Below, piece after piece: positions 44,123 through 54,545 of a stretch of 64,000 bases of DNA; the first letter of the stretch is position 1, and each line of letters begins with the position of its first letter. Location: NCBI GenBank assembly GCA_963422395.1, contig OY729431.1, positions 1,760,001 through 1,824,000 of the forward strand. The letters run 5' to 3'. Source of the stretch: Vicinamibacteria bacterium. GTDB taxonomy: Bacteria > Acidobacteriota > Vicinamibacteria > Marinacidobacterales > Marinacidobacteraceae. Position numbers and translations under genes: made by a program. The notes beneath the pieces were generated by a model. It had not been told where the DNA came from, searched no databases, and worked only from the letters and a program-made list of their open reading frames with translations.

Positions 44123-45676
44123 TCAGGCGAGATCCGTCCAGGCGAGGCTTCGCTCGACGCCTTTCCGCCACCCCCTGAGGCGGGCCGCCCGATCGGCTGC
44201 GGACATCCGGGGCTCGAAGCGCGCGTCCTCTTCGTCCGCCTCGAGGGCAGCGGCGAGTTCGGCCTCCGATTCCCAGAAACCGACGGCGAGACCGGCGCAG
44301 AGAGCAGCCCCGAGAGCGGTGGTCTCGAGGAGCCGGGGGCGGATCACCGGGATGCCGAGGATGTCCGCCTGGAAGCCGAGCAGCAGATCGCTGACCGTCA
44401 TGCCCCCGTCCACCCGTAATTTCGAGACGGGAAACCCGGCGTCCTCGCGCATCGCCTCGAGGACATCGTGGACCTGGAAGGCGGCGGCCTCGATCGCGGC
44501 GCGGGCGAGATGCCGGCGGTCGGTGTGCCGGGTCAGGCCGCAGAGGACGCCCCGGGCATCGGCACGCCAGTGCGGGGCGAAGAGGCCGGAGAAGGCCGGC
44601 ACGATCACCGCCCCGCCGCTGCTTTCGACCTCGAGCGCGAGCCGCTCGATCCCGGCGGCGGAGGCGGCGAACCCCAGCTGGTCACGAAGCCACTGGACCA
44701 GGGAACCGGCGACTGCCACCGAGCCCTCCAGCGCGTAGTCCACCCGGTCGGCGTCGGCATAGGCCACCGTGGTCAGGAGTCCAGCCTTCGAGGGAATCGG
44801 CGCAGCGCCGGTGTGCAGCAGCAGAAAAGCGCCGGTGCCGTAGGTGCATTTGGCCTCGCCCGGCCTCCGGCACAGTTGCCCCAAGAGCGCCGCCTGCTGG
44901 TCGCCGAGGACGCCGGTGATCGGAACCCGAGCGCCGAAGGGGCCGTGGGGAATCGTGCTGCCCCAGGCCTCCGGGTGGGAGGAAGGGGCGATCTCCGGCA
45001 GCATCCGGGGCGGAATCTCGAGCGCTTCCAGCAGCTCCGCGCTCCACTGGCACTCCCCGAGATCCATCATCAGGGTACGGCTCGCATTCGTCGGGTCGGT
45101 CCGGTGGACCGCGCCGCCGGTGAGCCGCCAGATCAGCCACGACTCCACCGTCCCGAAGACGGCGCGGCCGCTCTCGGCGCGCTGGCGCAGTCCGTCCTCA
45201 TGCTGAAGCAGCCAGCGGAGCTTCGGCCCCGAGAAGTAGGTCGCCGCCGGGAGCCCGGTCGAACTGCGGAGACGATCCGCACCGACCCGTTCCTGAAGCT
45301 CGGCCGCCAGTCGGTCGGTGCGGGTGTCCTGCCAGACGATCGCCGGGGCGAGCGGCTCACCGGTCGCCGGGTCCCAGACGACGGTGGTCTCCCGCTGGTT
45401 CGCGATCCCGACGGCGGCAACGCTGCGGCCGTCCAGTTCTCCGTCGCGGAGCGCCCCCGCGATCACTTCGGAGGTCCGCTCCCAGATCTCTTTGGGATCG
45501 TGTTCGACCCAGCCGGGCCTCCGGGTGATCTGACGGTGCTCGCGCTGGTCGGAGCCGACGACCCGTCCGTTCCGGTCGAAGAGCAGGCAGCGGCTGCTGG
45601 TGGTGCCCTGATCGACCGCGGCGATCACTTCCGCGGGCCCCTTCGCGGGCACTCCGCGGGAGGGGGCGGCGTTCAC
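44123..45676 (-). CDS. glpK: Glycerol kinase
   Basis: DQGTTSSR, NQRETT, TDPTNASRT, GDQQAAL, KCTYGTG, VPAFSGL motifs. Confidence 0.96.
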   Translation of the reverse strand: MNAAPSRGVPAKGPAEVIAAVDQGTTSSRCLLFDRNGRVVGSDQREHRQITRRPGWVEHDPKEIWERTSEVIAGALRDGELDGRSVAAVGIANQRETTVVWDPATGEPLAPAIVWQDTRTDRLAAELQERVGADRLRSSTGLPAATYFSGPKLRWLLQHEDGLRQRAESGRAVFGTVESWLIWRLTGGAVHRTDPTNASRTLMMDLGECQWSAELLEALEIPPRMLPEIAPSSHPEAWGSTIPHGPFGARVPITGVLGDQQAALLGQLCRRPGEAKCTYGTGAFLLLHTGAAPIPSKAGLLTTVAYADADRVDYALEGSVAVAGSLVQWLRDQLGFAASAAGIERLALEVESSGGAVIVPAFSGLFAPHWRADARGVLCGLTRHTDRRHLARAAIEAAAFQVHDVLEAMREDAGFPVSKLRVDGGMTVSDLLLGFQADILGIPVIRPRLLETTALGAALCAGLAVGFWESEAELAAALEADEEDARFEPRMSAADRAARLRGWRKGVERSLAWTDLA

Positions 45677-47256
45677 TCGGCGGAAAGCCGCAGAGCCTTT
45701 CCGGACCGTACTCCGGTCACTTCCCCGTCGCGCAGGACGAACTCGCCGGAAACCAGGACATGCCGCACTCCGCTGGCGTAATGGTGAGGATCGCCGAAGG
45801 CGGCGTGTTCTTCGACGGAGGCCGGATCCAGGACCGCGATATCCGCAACCGCGCCCTCTTCGATCACCCCGCGGCCGGTGAGGCCGAGCCGGCCGGCCGG
45901 CAGCGAGGTCATCTTCCGTACCGCCTCCGCGAAGGACAGCAGTCCGGCTTCCCGCACATAGAGGCTGAGGACCCGGGCGAAGGTTCCGTAGTTCCGGGGG
46001 TGGGGCACGCCCTCGCCGGGAGCCACGATGCCGCCGTCGGAGGCGATCATCGTCCGCGGATGGGCCATGATCCGCCGCACATCGTCCTCATGCATGGCGT
46101 GGAAGACGCCGCCGAAACCTCCCTTCTCCTGCAGTTCGAGGGCGAGGGCCGCCCCCTCGTCGGTGGTGACCGGGAGTCCGCGCTCCCGCAGGATGTCCCC
46201 CATGCTCTTGCCTTCGAGCGAGCGATCCCATTCGCAGCTGGCGATCACCACATTGTCGGGGCTCCCCCCGCCGCGGTCCACTTCGAGGTTCTCTCGGACC
46301 GCCTCCCGAATCCGCTCGCGCTGTTCGGGATCGGCGAGCCGCTCCAGCAGAGCCTCCGGGCCCCCGGCGAGACTCCATGCCGGAAACAGGATCGTCAGCC
46401 CGGTCGAGGAGGCGGTGTACGGGTACTGATCGATCGTCACATCCACGCCCCGCGCCACCGCCTCGTCCACGAGGCGAAGGCTCTCGACGCTCTGACCCCA
46501 CATCGGAGCCCCGACCACCTTGTGGTGGGTGATCTGGGTCGGCAGCCCGCCTTCCTCGCCGATGCGGATGGTCTCCCGCACCGAGTCGAGCAGGCTGAGC
46601 CCCTCTTCGCGCAGATGGCTGATGTGGACCCCGCCGTAGCGCGCCGCGGCTTTCGCCAGCTCGATCACTTCTTCGGTTCGAGCAAAGGTCCCCGGCGGGT
46701 ACTTGAGCCCGGTGGAAAGCCCGAAGGCGCCTTCCCGCATGGCCTGCTCCACGAGCGCACGCATCGCCTCGAGTTCCGCGTCTTCGGGAGCGCGGTCTTC
46801 GAGGCCGAGCACCTCGCGGCGGACGGTTCCGTGGCCGACGAGCAGCCCCATGTTGATGGCGGCCCCCTCGGTCTCGAACTCGGTCAGCCATTCTCCGATC
46901 GGCAGCGGAGAGCTCCCGTCCGGTCCGCCGATGGCGGTGGTCACTCCCTGGTGCAGGTAGTTCTCGGCGAGCGGATGGCGGAACACTCCGCGCACCGCGT
47001 GCGAGTGGATGTCCACGAAACCAGGAGTCAACGAGAGTCCGGAGACATCCACCCGCGCGGCCGCGCGGGCTCCCGACAGGTCGCCGAGCGCAGCCACTCG
47101 ACCCTCTCGGATGCCGAGATCGGTGACCGTCGGCGCGCCGCCGCGCCCGTCGTGCACCGCACCGCCGGCGAGCACGATGTCGTAGCGCTCACCGCACCCG
47201 GCAGCGGTCAGCGCTGCGGTCAGCAGCAACAGAGCGATTCGGAGCCTTCCGGTCAT
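45673..47256 (-). CDS. N-acyl-D-amino-acid deacylase family amidohydrolase (lipoprotein)
   Basis: PGFVDIHSH, DQYPYTASST, HPRNYGTFARVL; lipobox AAGC. Confidence 0.9.
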   Translation of the reverse strand: MTGRLRIALLLLTAALTAAGCGERYDIVLAGGAVHDGRGGAPTVTDLGIREGRVAALGDLSGARAAARVDVSGLSLTPGFVDIHSHAVRGVFRHPLAENYLHQGVTTAIGGPDGSSPLPIGEWLTEFETEGAAINMGLLVGHGTVRREVLGLEDRAPEDAELEAMRALVEQAMREGAFGLSTGLKYPPGTFARTEEVIELAKAAARYGGVHISHLREEGLSLLDSVRETIRIGEEGGLPTQITHHKVVGAPMWGQSVESLRLVDEAVARGVDVTIDQYPYTASSTGLTILFPAWSLAGGPEALLERLADPEQRERIREAVRENLEVDRGGGSPDNVVIASCEWDRSLEGKSMGDILRERGLPVTTDEGAALALELQEKGGFGGVFHAMHEDDVRRIMAHPRTMIASDGGIVAPGEGVPHPRNYGTFARVLSLYVREAGLLSFAEAVRKMTSLPAGRLGLTGRGVIEEGAVADIAVLDPASVEEHAAFGDPHHYASGVRHVLVSGEFVLRDGEVTGVRSGKALRLSAE

Positions 47257-47432
47257 TCGACTTCTTCCTCGGGGACTTGCCCATCGAAAATTCCTTCCGG
47301 AATTCCTTCCCGGAGGACGAGAGCCGCCCCGCATCGAGCGCTCCCAAGCCCCCCGGAGCAACGCTTTTCCAGTGTACCAACCGCCCGCTGGTAGCATTCC
47401 AAGCTCCCTGACGGCGTCACGCCGAAGCCTCC

Positions 47433-48833
47433 ATGCGCACTCACCGGATCTCCCTCTCCCATCGGATTTCGCTGCTGCCGGCGATCATTGCCGCGCTGGT
47501 ACTGCCAGCGGCGGTCCTCGTCCCAGCGGCAGCCGACGGCCAGCCGTCCCCGACGGTGCTGCCGATGCGCGAGCGGGCAACGATCGTGGACCGTTGGCTG
47601 GAGGTTCGTTTCGAGACCGTCCTGCCGGCGATCATGCGGCGGGAGGGAGTGGATCTGTGGATCGTGGCCGCTCGGGAATACAACGAAGACCCGGTGATCC
47701 GGACCATGCTGCCCTACACCTGGCTCGCCGCCCGGCGGCGCACGGTGCTCCTGTTCCACGACCGCGGGCCGGAAGCGGGAGTGGAACGGCTGGCGGTGGC
47801 GCGCTACGACATCGGCGGCATTCCGGGCGCCTGGGATCCCGAGGCCGAGCCCGACCAGTGGGCGCGGGTGGCCGAACTGGTGCGGGAACGGGATCCGCAG
47901 CGCATCGGTGTCAACCGTTCGCGGGATTTCGGGCTAGCCGACGGGCTCACCGCGACCGAGGACGAAGCGCTTCGGGAGGCACTCGGCCCCGAACTCGCCG
48001 GACGGATCACGGGCGCCGAGCGCTTGGCCATCGCCTGGCTCGAGACCCGCACCCCGGAAGAGATGGCGGTCTATCCCGGAGTGGTTCGGCTGGCCCGCTC
48101 GATCCTCGCCGAGGGACTCTCCGAGCGGGCGATCCAACCGGGAGTGACGACGACCGGGGATCTCTCCTGGTGGTATCGGGAGCGAATCCGGGAGCTTAAG
48201 CTCCAGACTTGGTTCCAGCCGGGGGTTTCGGTCCAGCGGCGAGAAGGTTCGATGTTCGGCGGCGACGCGGACGGGCAGGGAGATTTCTCCTCCCGGCCGC
48301 CGCCGGACACCATCCTGCCCGGCGACCTGATCCATGTGGACTTCGGGATCACTTACCTCCGGCTCAACACCGACACCCAGATGCACGCCTATGTGCTCCG
48401 GCACGGGGAGGCCGCGGCCCCTCCGGGGCTGCGGGAAGCGCTTTCGACCGGCAATCGCCTCCAGGACATCCTCACCGGTGAGTTCGTGGCCGGCAGGACC
48501 GGCAACGAGATTCTGGCCGCGGCGCTCGCCCGAGCGGAGCAGGAGGGCATCCAGGCCTCCATCTACACCCATCCGATCGGCTTCCACGGCCACGCTGCCG
48601 GCCCCACGATCGGGCTCTGGGACCGCCAGGAAGGCGTTCCGGGCAAGGGGGACTATCCGCTCTTTCCGATGACCGCCCACTCGATCGAGCTGAACGCCCG
48701 AGTACCGGTTCCCGAATGGGACGGCCAAGAGGTACGGATCGCCCTCGAAGAGGACGCCGTCTTCGACGGCGAGGACACCCGTTACATCGATCCCCGGATG
48801 GAGCGGCTGTTGTTGATCCCCCGCCCCCGCTGA
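47433..48833 (+). CDS. M24-family (Xaa-Pro) aminopeptidase
   Basis: HVDFGI...LNTDTQ, YTHPIGFHGHAAG, SIE, LEED motifs. Confidence 0.88.
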   Translation: MRTHRISLSHRISLLPAIIAALVLPAAVLVPAAADGQPSPTVLPMRERATIVDRWLEVRFETVLPAIMRREGVDLWIVAAREYNEDPVIRTMLPYTWLAARRRTVLLFHDRGPEAGVERLAVARYDIGGIPGAWDPEAEPDQWARVAELVRERDPQRIGVNRSRDFGLADGLTATEDEALREALGPELAGRITGAERLAIAWLETRTPEEMAVYPGVVRLARSILAEGLSERAIQPGVTTTGDLSWWYRERIRELKLQTWFQPGVSVQRREGSMFGGDADGQGDFSSRPPPDTILPGDLIHVDFGITYLRLNTDTQMHAYVLRHGEAAAPPGLREALSTGNRLQDILTGEFVAGRTGNEILAAALARAEQEGIQASIYTHPIGFHGHAAGPTIGLWDRQEGVPGKGDYPLFPMTAHSIELNARVPVPEWDGQEVRIALEEDAVFDGEDTRYIDPRMERLLLIPRPR

Positions 48834-48900
48834 GCCGGCCCGCTGCGCGCCGGCCCCGCCGAAGGGTGAAGAAGAACCTCGGAGCCGCTGCAGGGTCCCG

Positions 48901-51354
48901 TTAGCGGTTGGAGGAGGTCTGGATCTCCTCCAGTCGGGCGCGGGCGAGATCGAAACGCTCCCGGATCCTCGGGATCGGAAGGTCGCCGTAGCGGGCGGCG
49001 AGTCTCGATTCGGCGACCTCGAGGGCCCGCAGCAGATCACCGGCGGCCGCCCGGGCCGCGGTCGGGTCGCGGCTGCCTACCGATCCGATCCAGACCGGAG
49101 AAGTCTGGGCGAACACCGAACCGTTCATCGCCGGCCACGCCTCCTTCCCGCCGTGAGCGCGCACCGCGACCCACCCCGCCTCCGGAAGGTCGAGTTCGCC
49201 GCCGAGCTCCCGGGCTCCGGGAGCGGCGAGGCCCGGAAAGCTCTCCACCACCGCGCCGTTCACGATCAGCTCCACGGTCTCCACCGGCCCGGTCGAAGCC
49301 AGAGTGAGAGTCCACCGCGCGGTCCGCCTGCCGACCGAAACGGCGCTCCCGGGGCGCTCCCCTGCCAGCCGGAAGTCGAGCAGCGGTCCGGTGGTGACGA
49401 AACTCCGTCCGGCTGAGAGCGCCTCGAGGTAAGCACTCATCCGGAAAGGCCCCGGCGCCTCGACATAGAGCCGGGCCGTGCCCACCGCCATGGTGCGGTG
49501 GTAGTCCAGCATCACATCGGTTCCGGCGGAAGCGGCGAGCGGCACTCCCAGGTTCAGCACCCGGTGCCACAGAGCCGCGGTCCCGACCTCGCTGGTCCAC
49601 AGGCACGCCACTTCGAGGCTGTCCAGATCGCCGAGCACCGCGTCGGGGACGATGCTCAGCGGAATCGCCGCGAGGCCCGCTTCGCTGCCGAACGGGTCGG
49701 CGACCGACACCGGGTGCATGTAGGAACTCACTCCGGCTTGCCGGCGGGCGTGGGCGAGGGCGTCGGCATTCGGCCGGTCGTCCTCCTCGTAGATCGGATA
49801 GCCGGGCCCCCAGAACCACGGCCAGAACGGGCTCTCGATCCCGATGAGGCCGAGGTGCCCGAGGAAGTGCGAGCGAATCTCCTGTCCGAACAGGACCGCG
49901 GGAAGGCGATCCAGCCGGCGGTCGGCGAAGAACTCGGTGTCGTTCCGGCGGTGGTGGAGGTTCGCCATGAGCGGGGTGCCGATGTCGAGATCCTCGGCCG
50001 CGAGCAACGACTCCAGATCGTCGGGGTCGAGCCGGACCTGCCCGCCGTAGTTGAGGTGGAAGTGGTGGTCGCCGGAGCGGTATCCCGCTGCGCGCGAGTC
50101 CCAGAGCGGTTCGAAAACCAGCTCGGCTTCTCCGGTCTCCCCGGCGCGGACCGGGATCGTGAGGCTCGCCGAAAGGTGCGCGAAGCCGTGGGTCGCGGTG
50201 ATCCGGACCTCTCCTCCGGGGAGGGCGGGCACTTCCACCTCCACCACTCCCGGCGAATAGAAGTAGATGCGCCCGTGGGTTCCGTCGAAGCGCGGGAACG
50301 CTCCGGGAACGACCGCCGGATGCCCCACCGGGTCGAGCACTTCGAGCCGCGCCGGAACCGGAGTCGGGGCGCCGGCCCGGCGGGTGGTGATCCGCACCCG
50401 CGCCAGCGGGACGCCAAAGTCCCACGCCCGTACCGGAAGGTCCACCGCCGGCCCGCCCCGGGTGCTGACTTGCCGCAAGCGGAAGCGTTCGCCCTCGTCT
50501 GCCTCGACGAAGATCACCGCCTCGCCGTCCTCGGTGAGGGAGGGCGTGAGCGGCAGGCCGCGGGCGGCGACCAGTTCCACCGGGTCCCCCTGCTCCGGAT
50601 CCACCAGCAGCAGCCGGTAGCCGTCGGCACCGTCTCCGGCCGGCCAGTTGAGCGCCAGGGTCCCCTTCCCCGGCTGGGCGGCGGGGCGGGCCTGGGAGGC
50701 GATGGATTCGGCCCGCAGCGTCGTCTCCTCTCCGTCGGCGTCGAGCAGGACCAGCTCGTCCGGAGACGACCGGCCCTTCGCCAGATACGCCAGCTCCCCG
50801 CCGGGAAGCGGCTGCGGTCTCACTTCCAGCCCGCGGCGGCTGGTGAGGCGCGTGGGTTCCCCGGTTTCGAGCGAGAAGCGCCAGATGTCGAGGTCACCGG
50901 CGGTGGCAGCGCTGAAGTAGAGATCTTTCCCGTCGGGCGCCCATGCCGGATCGAGGACGATCGTCCCGTCGCCGAAGAGCCGGGTTTCCTCTCCGGTCCC
51001 CAGGTCCAGCTGCCAGATGGAGAGGTTCTCGCCGTCGTCCCGGAGAAAGGCCAATGCACCGCCGTCCGGCCGCCAGGCGGGACGGGTGTCGAGTTCCGGC
51101 CCGCGGGTCGAGCGCCGCGCCACTCCGGTCTCGAGATCGAACAGCCAGAGCCAGCCGCGCGCCGAGAAGGCGATCGTGCCGCCGTCCGGCGAAACCGCTG
51201 GATCCGTGGGCCCTGCGGCGAGGATCGGCAGTTCGAACCCCTCCACATAGACATGGTGGGAATAGCCTTCGAGCTTCGGGTAACGGTTGGTCCACTGGGC
51301 GGAGGCGACCGAGGGAACGAAGACGAACAGCGCCAACGCCGCGATGCTTCTCAT
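48901..51354 (-). CDS. TolB-like propeller fused to CehA/McbA-family (PHP-like) metallohydrolase
   Basis: PAVSPDG / PAWRPDG repeats; SGDHHFH, GQEIRS, SAGTD, GRSFVTTGP motifs. Confidence 0.8.
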   Translation of the reverse strand: MRSIAALALFVFVPSVASAQWTNRYPKLEGYSHHVYVEGFELPILAAGPTDPAVSPDGGTIAFSARGWLWLFDLETGVARRSTRGPELDTRPAWRPDGGALAFLRDDGENLSIWQLDLGTGEETRLFGDGTIVLDPAWAPDGKDLYFSAATAGDLDIWRFSLETGEPTRLTSRRGLEVRPQPLPGGELAYLAKGRSSPDELVLLDADGEETTLRAESIASQARPAAQPGKGTLALNWPAGDGADGYRLLLVDPEQGDPVELVAARGLPLTPSLTEDGEAVIFVEADEGERFRLRQVSTRGGPAVDLPVRAWDFGVPLARVRITTRRAGAPTPVPARLEVLDPVGHPAVVPGAFPRFDGTHGRIYFYSPGVVEVEVPALPGGEVRITATHGFAHLSASLTIPVRAGETGEAELVFEPLWDSRAAGYRSGDHHFHLNYGGQVRLDPDDLESLLAAEDLDIGTPLMANLHHRRNDTEFFADRRLDRLPAVLFGQEIRSHFLGHLGLIGIESPFWPWFWGPGYPIYEEDDRPNADALAHARRQAGVSSYMHPVSVADPFGSEAGLAAIPLSIVPDAVLGDLDSLEVACLWTSEVGTAALWHRVLNLGVPLAASAGTDVMLDYHRTMAVGTARLYVEAPGPFRMSAYLEALSAGRSFVTTGPLLDFRLAGERPGSAVSVGRRTARWTLTLASTGPVETVELIVNGAVVESFPGLAAPGARELGGELDLPEAGWVAVRAHGGKEAWPAMNGSVFAQTSPVWIGSVGSRDPTAARAAAGDLLRALEVAESRLAARYGDLPIPRIRERFDLARARLEEIQTSSNR

Positions 51355-51373
51355 GGGTTTCTCCCTTTCCGTA

Positions 51374-52210
51374 TCAGGCGGCCTGGCAGCGCCCCTGTCC
51401 AGCAGAGCCTCGGCGCTGTTCGACCACGGGAACATCGGTGACGAACATGTGGCCCGGCGCATGGGAGATCGCAACGTCCGGCCTGGCGCCGAGCGCCGCG
51501 ACCTGTGAAGTGACCCCGCAGGCCCAGAAGACGGGCACCTCTCCCGGGAGAAGGCCCCCGGGCTCTCCGAAATCGGCCCGCGAGAGGTCGCGGATCCCGA
51601 GCGCCGCCGGATTCCCCGCGTGAATCGGCGCCCCATGGGCGAGCGGCTGCTCTCCGCTGATCCGGCACGCCTCGGCGACCTGGTCCTCACGAATCGGGCG
51701 CATGGAAACGACGAGCCGGCCGGAGAACGCCCCGGCGGGCACATTGGGCCGGTCGGTGATGTACATGGGCACGACGCGCCCCTCGTCCTGATGGCGAAGA
51801 CGAATGCCGGCAGTGGCCAGAGCCGCTTCGAAGCCGAAGCTGCAGCCGAGCAGGAAAGCGGTGAGCCCGCTCTCCCACTCCTCCTGGACCTGAGACGCCT
51901 CTCGAATCAGCTCGCCGCGCCGGTACACCCGATAGCGAGGCAGATCGGTGCGCAGGTCAGCTCCCGGAGACAGCGTTCGGAGCACGGGGGTATCGCTCAC
52001 GGCAAGCAGCGGACAGGGGCATGGATTCCTCCTGCAGAAGTCTGCGAAATCCCCGGCGAGTGCGTGCGGCAGCGCGATCAGGTTGGCCTGCATGTACCCG
52101 GGGCAAAAGCCCGAGGTGCCGCCCCGGAACTCTCCGCTCCGGCACCCGGCCCGCACCTCGCGCGGCTCTCCGTCCCGGGAGAACGAAGGGGGACGGGAAG
52201 CAGCGGACAT
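51374..52210 (-). CDS. DUF1445 / D-glutamate-cyclase-like putative hydro-lyase
   Basis: QANL...RNPCPCPLL, GCSFGFE, VVSMRP, VFWACGVT, HAPGHMFVTD motifs. Confidence 0.88.
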   Translation of the reverse strand: MSAASRPPSFSRDGEPREVRAGCRSGEFRGGTSGFCPGYMQANLIALPHALAGDFADFCRRNPCPCPLLAVSDTPVLRTLSPGADLRTDLPRYRVYRRGELIREASQVQEEWESGLTAFLLGCSFGFEAALATAGIRLRHQDEGRVVPMYITDRPNVPAGAFSGRLVVSMRPIREDQVAEACRISGEQPLAHGAPIHAGNPAALGIRDLSRADFGEPGGLLPGEVPVFWACGVTSQVAALGARPDVAISHAPGHMFVTDVPVVEQRRGSAGQGRCQAA

Positions 52211-52272
52211 CACCGAAAGATCGAACCTGCAGACTCTATGCGTACCGCTTCCAATCTTCCGCCGCGTAGAGA

Positions 52273-52505
52273 ACCTGTTGCGACCGAGCCTCCGGCTCGG
52301 GCGCGGCACAGCGGGGGAATGTGTGAAAGGGGGTCCACCCCCTTTCACGAAAACAGCAACTCAGAAGCCGAACTCGCTGCCTCCGGCAGCAGTTCGGCTT
52401 CCCGGCGCGCAGCGCCGGGCGCTTCGGGAGCAGGGCATCCCCCTCTTCCCACGAGGGATCGAAACGCGGTAACCACATGGCGCCCCGCTCCCGGAGCGCT
52501 CAGCC
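52273..52505 (+). repeat. Structured ~230-nt dispersed element, copy 1 (candidate ncRNA or MITE/REP)
   Basis: Similar to 61186-61415; five hairpins with compensatory changes between the copies. Confidence 0.85.
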
Positions 52506-52508
52506 TGC

Positions 52509-52537
52509 TTGACCAGCAACCGAGCGGCACCTATAAT
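52509..52537 (+). promoter_or_regulatory. Sigma-70 promoter of the rplM operon
   Basis: TTGACC-N17-TATAAT. Confidence 0.85.
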
Positions 52538-52731
52538 TTCCGAATCCGGGCAGCGTTCTGATCTCAGCGGGTTCCGAGAAACGGGTGGCATCACTGCCGG
52601 ACCCCGCCGGGGGATTTCTTGCCCGGATTTTTACCATATGAGCACTTCCTCGAACACCGCAAGCTTCCGGGATCTCCCGTTCGGTGTCCTCGGCCCCAAA
52701 GTCTGACCTCCCGGAACTTTCTGGATCCTGC

Positions 52732-53220
52732 GTGTCTCGTTCAGCCGGCACCACCTTTCTACGCGCCAGCGAAATCGAGCGTCGCTGGTTCGTCGTGGAT
52801 GCCGGAGGGCAAATCTTGGGACGCCTCGCCAGCCGGATAGCCCGTGTGCTCACGGGGAAGCACAAGCCGGCGTGGACGCCCTTCCTCGATTGCGGAGATC
52901 ATGTGATCGTGGTCAACGCGGCGCGGGTTCGGCTCACCGGACGGAAGGAAGAGGGCAAGATCTACTATCGTCAGAGTGGGCGGCCCGGCGGGTTGAAATC
53001 GAGGACGGCAGCAGAACTCAGAAGTGCATTTCCCGAGCGGATCGTGGAGAACGCGGTGCGCGGCATGCTTCCCAAGGGAAGCTTGGGGCGCTCCCAGTTC
53101 CTGAAGCTCAAGGTGTACCCCGGCATCGAGCACCCCCACGCCGCCCAGACGCCTGTGCCCCTCCCCGAGAAACTCCTGCCAGCGAATCCGCTGCCGACTG
53201 AAGTCATGGTTTCCTCCTGA
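52732..53220 (+). CDS. rplM: 50S ribosomal protein L13
   Basis: WFVVDA...LGRLAS...[20 protein letters not shown]; start uncertain (GTG 52732). Confidence 0.96.
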   Translation: MSRSAGTTFLRASEIERRWFVVDAGGQILGRLASRIARVLTGKHKPAWTPFLDCGDHVIVVNAARVRLTGRKEEGKIYYRQSGRPGGLKSRTAAELRSAFPERIVENAVRGMLPKGSLGRSQFLKLKVYPGIEHPHAAQTPVPLPEKLLPANPLPTEVMVSS

Positions 53221-53612
53221 TGCCCGAACCCGTCGCCTACGGCACCGGCAAACGGAAGTGTTCCATCGCGCGGGTGTACCTCCGCGACGGCACTGGTCAG
53301 ATCCATGTGAATCGGCGGCCACTCGAGGACTACTTCCCGAGGGACACCTACCGGAACTGGGTCACGCAACCTCTGCTCGCCACCGACCAGGGCGCGCGAT
53401 TCGATGTGGACGCACGGGTCAAAGGCGGGGGGCTCTCCGGACAGGCGGCTGCGGTACGGCTGGGGATTGCACGAGCGCTCAGCGAGACGAACTCCCGCCT
53501 GCGCCCCGAACTGAAGCGCCGCGGCTTCCTGACCCGCGACGCGCGCCGCAAGGAACGCAAGAAGTACGGGCAGCCGGGCGCGCGCAAGCGTTTCCAGTAC
53601 TCGAAGCGCTGA
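53220..53612 (+). CDS. rpsI: 30S ribosomal protein S9
   Basis: GGGLSGQA; [14 protein letters not shown]...FQYSKR. Confidence 0.97.
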   Translation: MPEPVAYGTGKRKCSIARVYLRDGTGQIHVNRRPLEDYFPRDTYRNWVTQPLLATDQGARFDVDARVKGGGLSGQAAAVRLGIARALSETNSRLRPELKRRGFLTRDARRKERKKYGQPGARKRFQYSKR

Positions 53613-53652
53613 CCATCGGATCAGGACTCCGAAGACTCGCCGCCAGAAGCCG

Positions 53653-54483
53653 ATGTCCACAGCACTCAGCATGAAGGACCTGCTCGAGGCAGGACTCCAC
53701 TTCGGGCATGAAACGAAGTGGTGGAACCCGCGGATGCGTCCTTACATCCACGGCGCCCGCAGCGGGATCCATGTCGTCGATCTGAACCAGACATTGCCGT
53801 TGTTCCGAACGGCGCTCGACTTCGTCTCCCGGCTCGGGGCCGAAGGGAAGACGATCCTCTTCGTGGGGACGAAGCGCCAGGCGCAGGAAGTGATCGCCGC
53901 CGAAGCGGCGCGCGTGGATGCTTTCTATGTGAACCACCGCTGGCTCGGCGGGCTGCTGACGAACTTCCAGACGATCCGCAAAAGCATCGCCAAGTTTCAG
54001 GAGCTTCGAGAAATCACCGAGAACGACGATCTCGGCGGTTTCTCGAACAAGGCACGGTCCCGCCTCGACAAGCGGCGCCGGAGAATGGAGAAGACGCTGA
54101 GCGGCATCGAGAAGATGGACCAGCTCCCCGATGCGGTGTGCATCGTGGATCCGAAGAACGAGATGATCGCGGTGCGTGAGGCCCGAAAGCTCCGGATTCC
54201 GATCATTGCCATCGTGGATACCGATTGCGATCCCGACCTCATCGACTATGTGATTCCGGGGAACGACGACGCCCTCCGGGCGATCCGTCTGTTCACCTCC
54301 CGGGTCGCGGGCGCTTTCGAGGACGGCCGCCAGCTCCGCGGCCTGGCGCCCTTCGATGGCGATTCGGAAGCGAGCTCCGAACCGGCGTCGGCCTCGACGT
54401 CCGGGGCCGATGAGGTGCGGCCCGGCGCCGCACCGGCCGAGCCCCCGCCGTCGGCTCCCACCGCGCCGAAACCACCGGCCTGA
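53653..54483 (+). CDS. rpsB: 30S ribosomal protein S2
   Basis: LLEAGLHFGH, RWLGGLLTNF, IPGNDDA motifs. Confidence 0.97.
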   Translation: MSTALSMKDLLEAGLHFGHETKWWNPRMRPYIHGARSGIHVVDLNQTLPLFRTALDFVSRLGAEGKTILFVGTKRQAQEVIAAEAARVDAFYVNHRWLGGLLTNFQTIRKSIAKFQELREITENDDLGGFSNKARSRLDKRRRRMEKTLSGIEKMDQLPDAVCIVDPKNEMIAVREARKLRIPIIAIVDTDCDPDLIDYVIPGNDDALRAIRLFTSRVAGAFEDGRQLRGLAPFDGDSEASSEPASASTSGADEVRPGAAPAEPPPSAPTAPKPPA

Positions 54484-54545
54484 AGGCGGCCGGCGTGCAC
54501 GCCGGACCTTTCCCGACGCCCGGTATCCGATCAGGAGGAATCGAA

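Noticed and set aside
52273-52505. The structured element as an rplM leader or riboswitch
   Set aside because: It lies upstream of the rplM promoter and has a second copy in an unrelated context.
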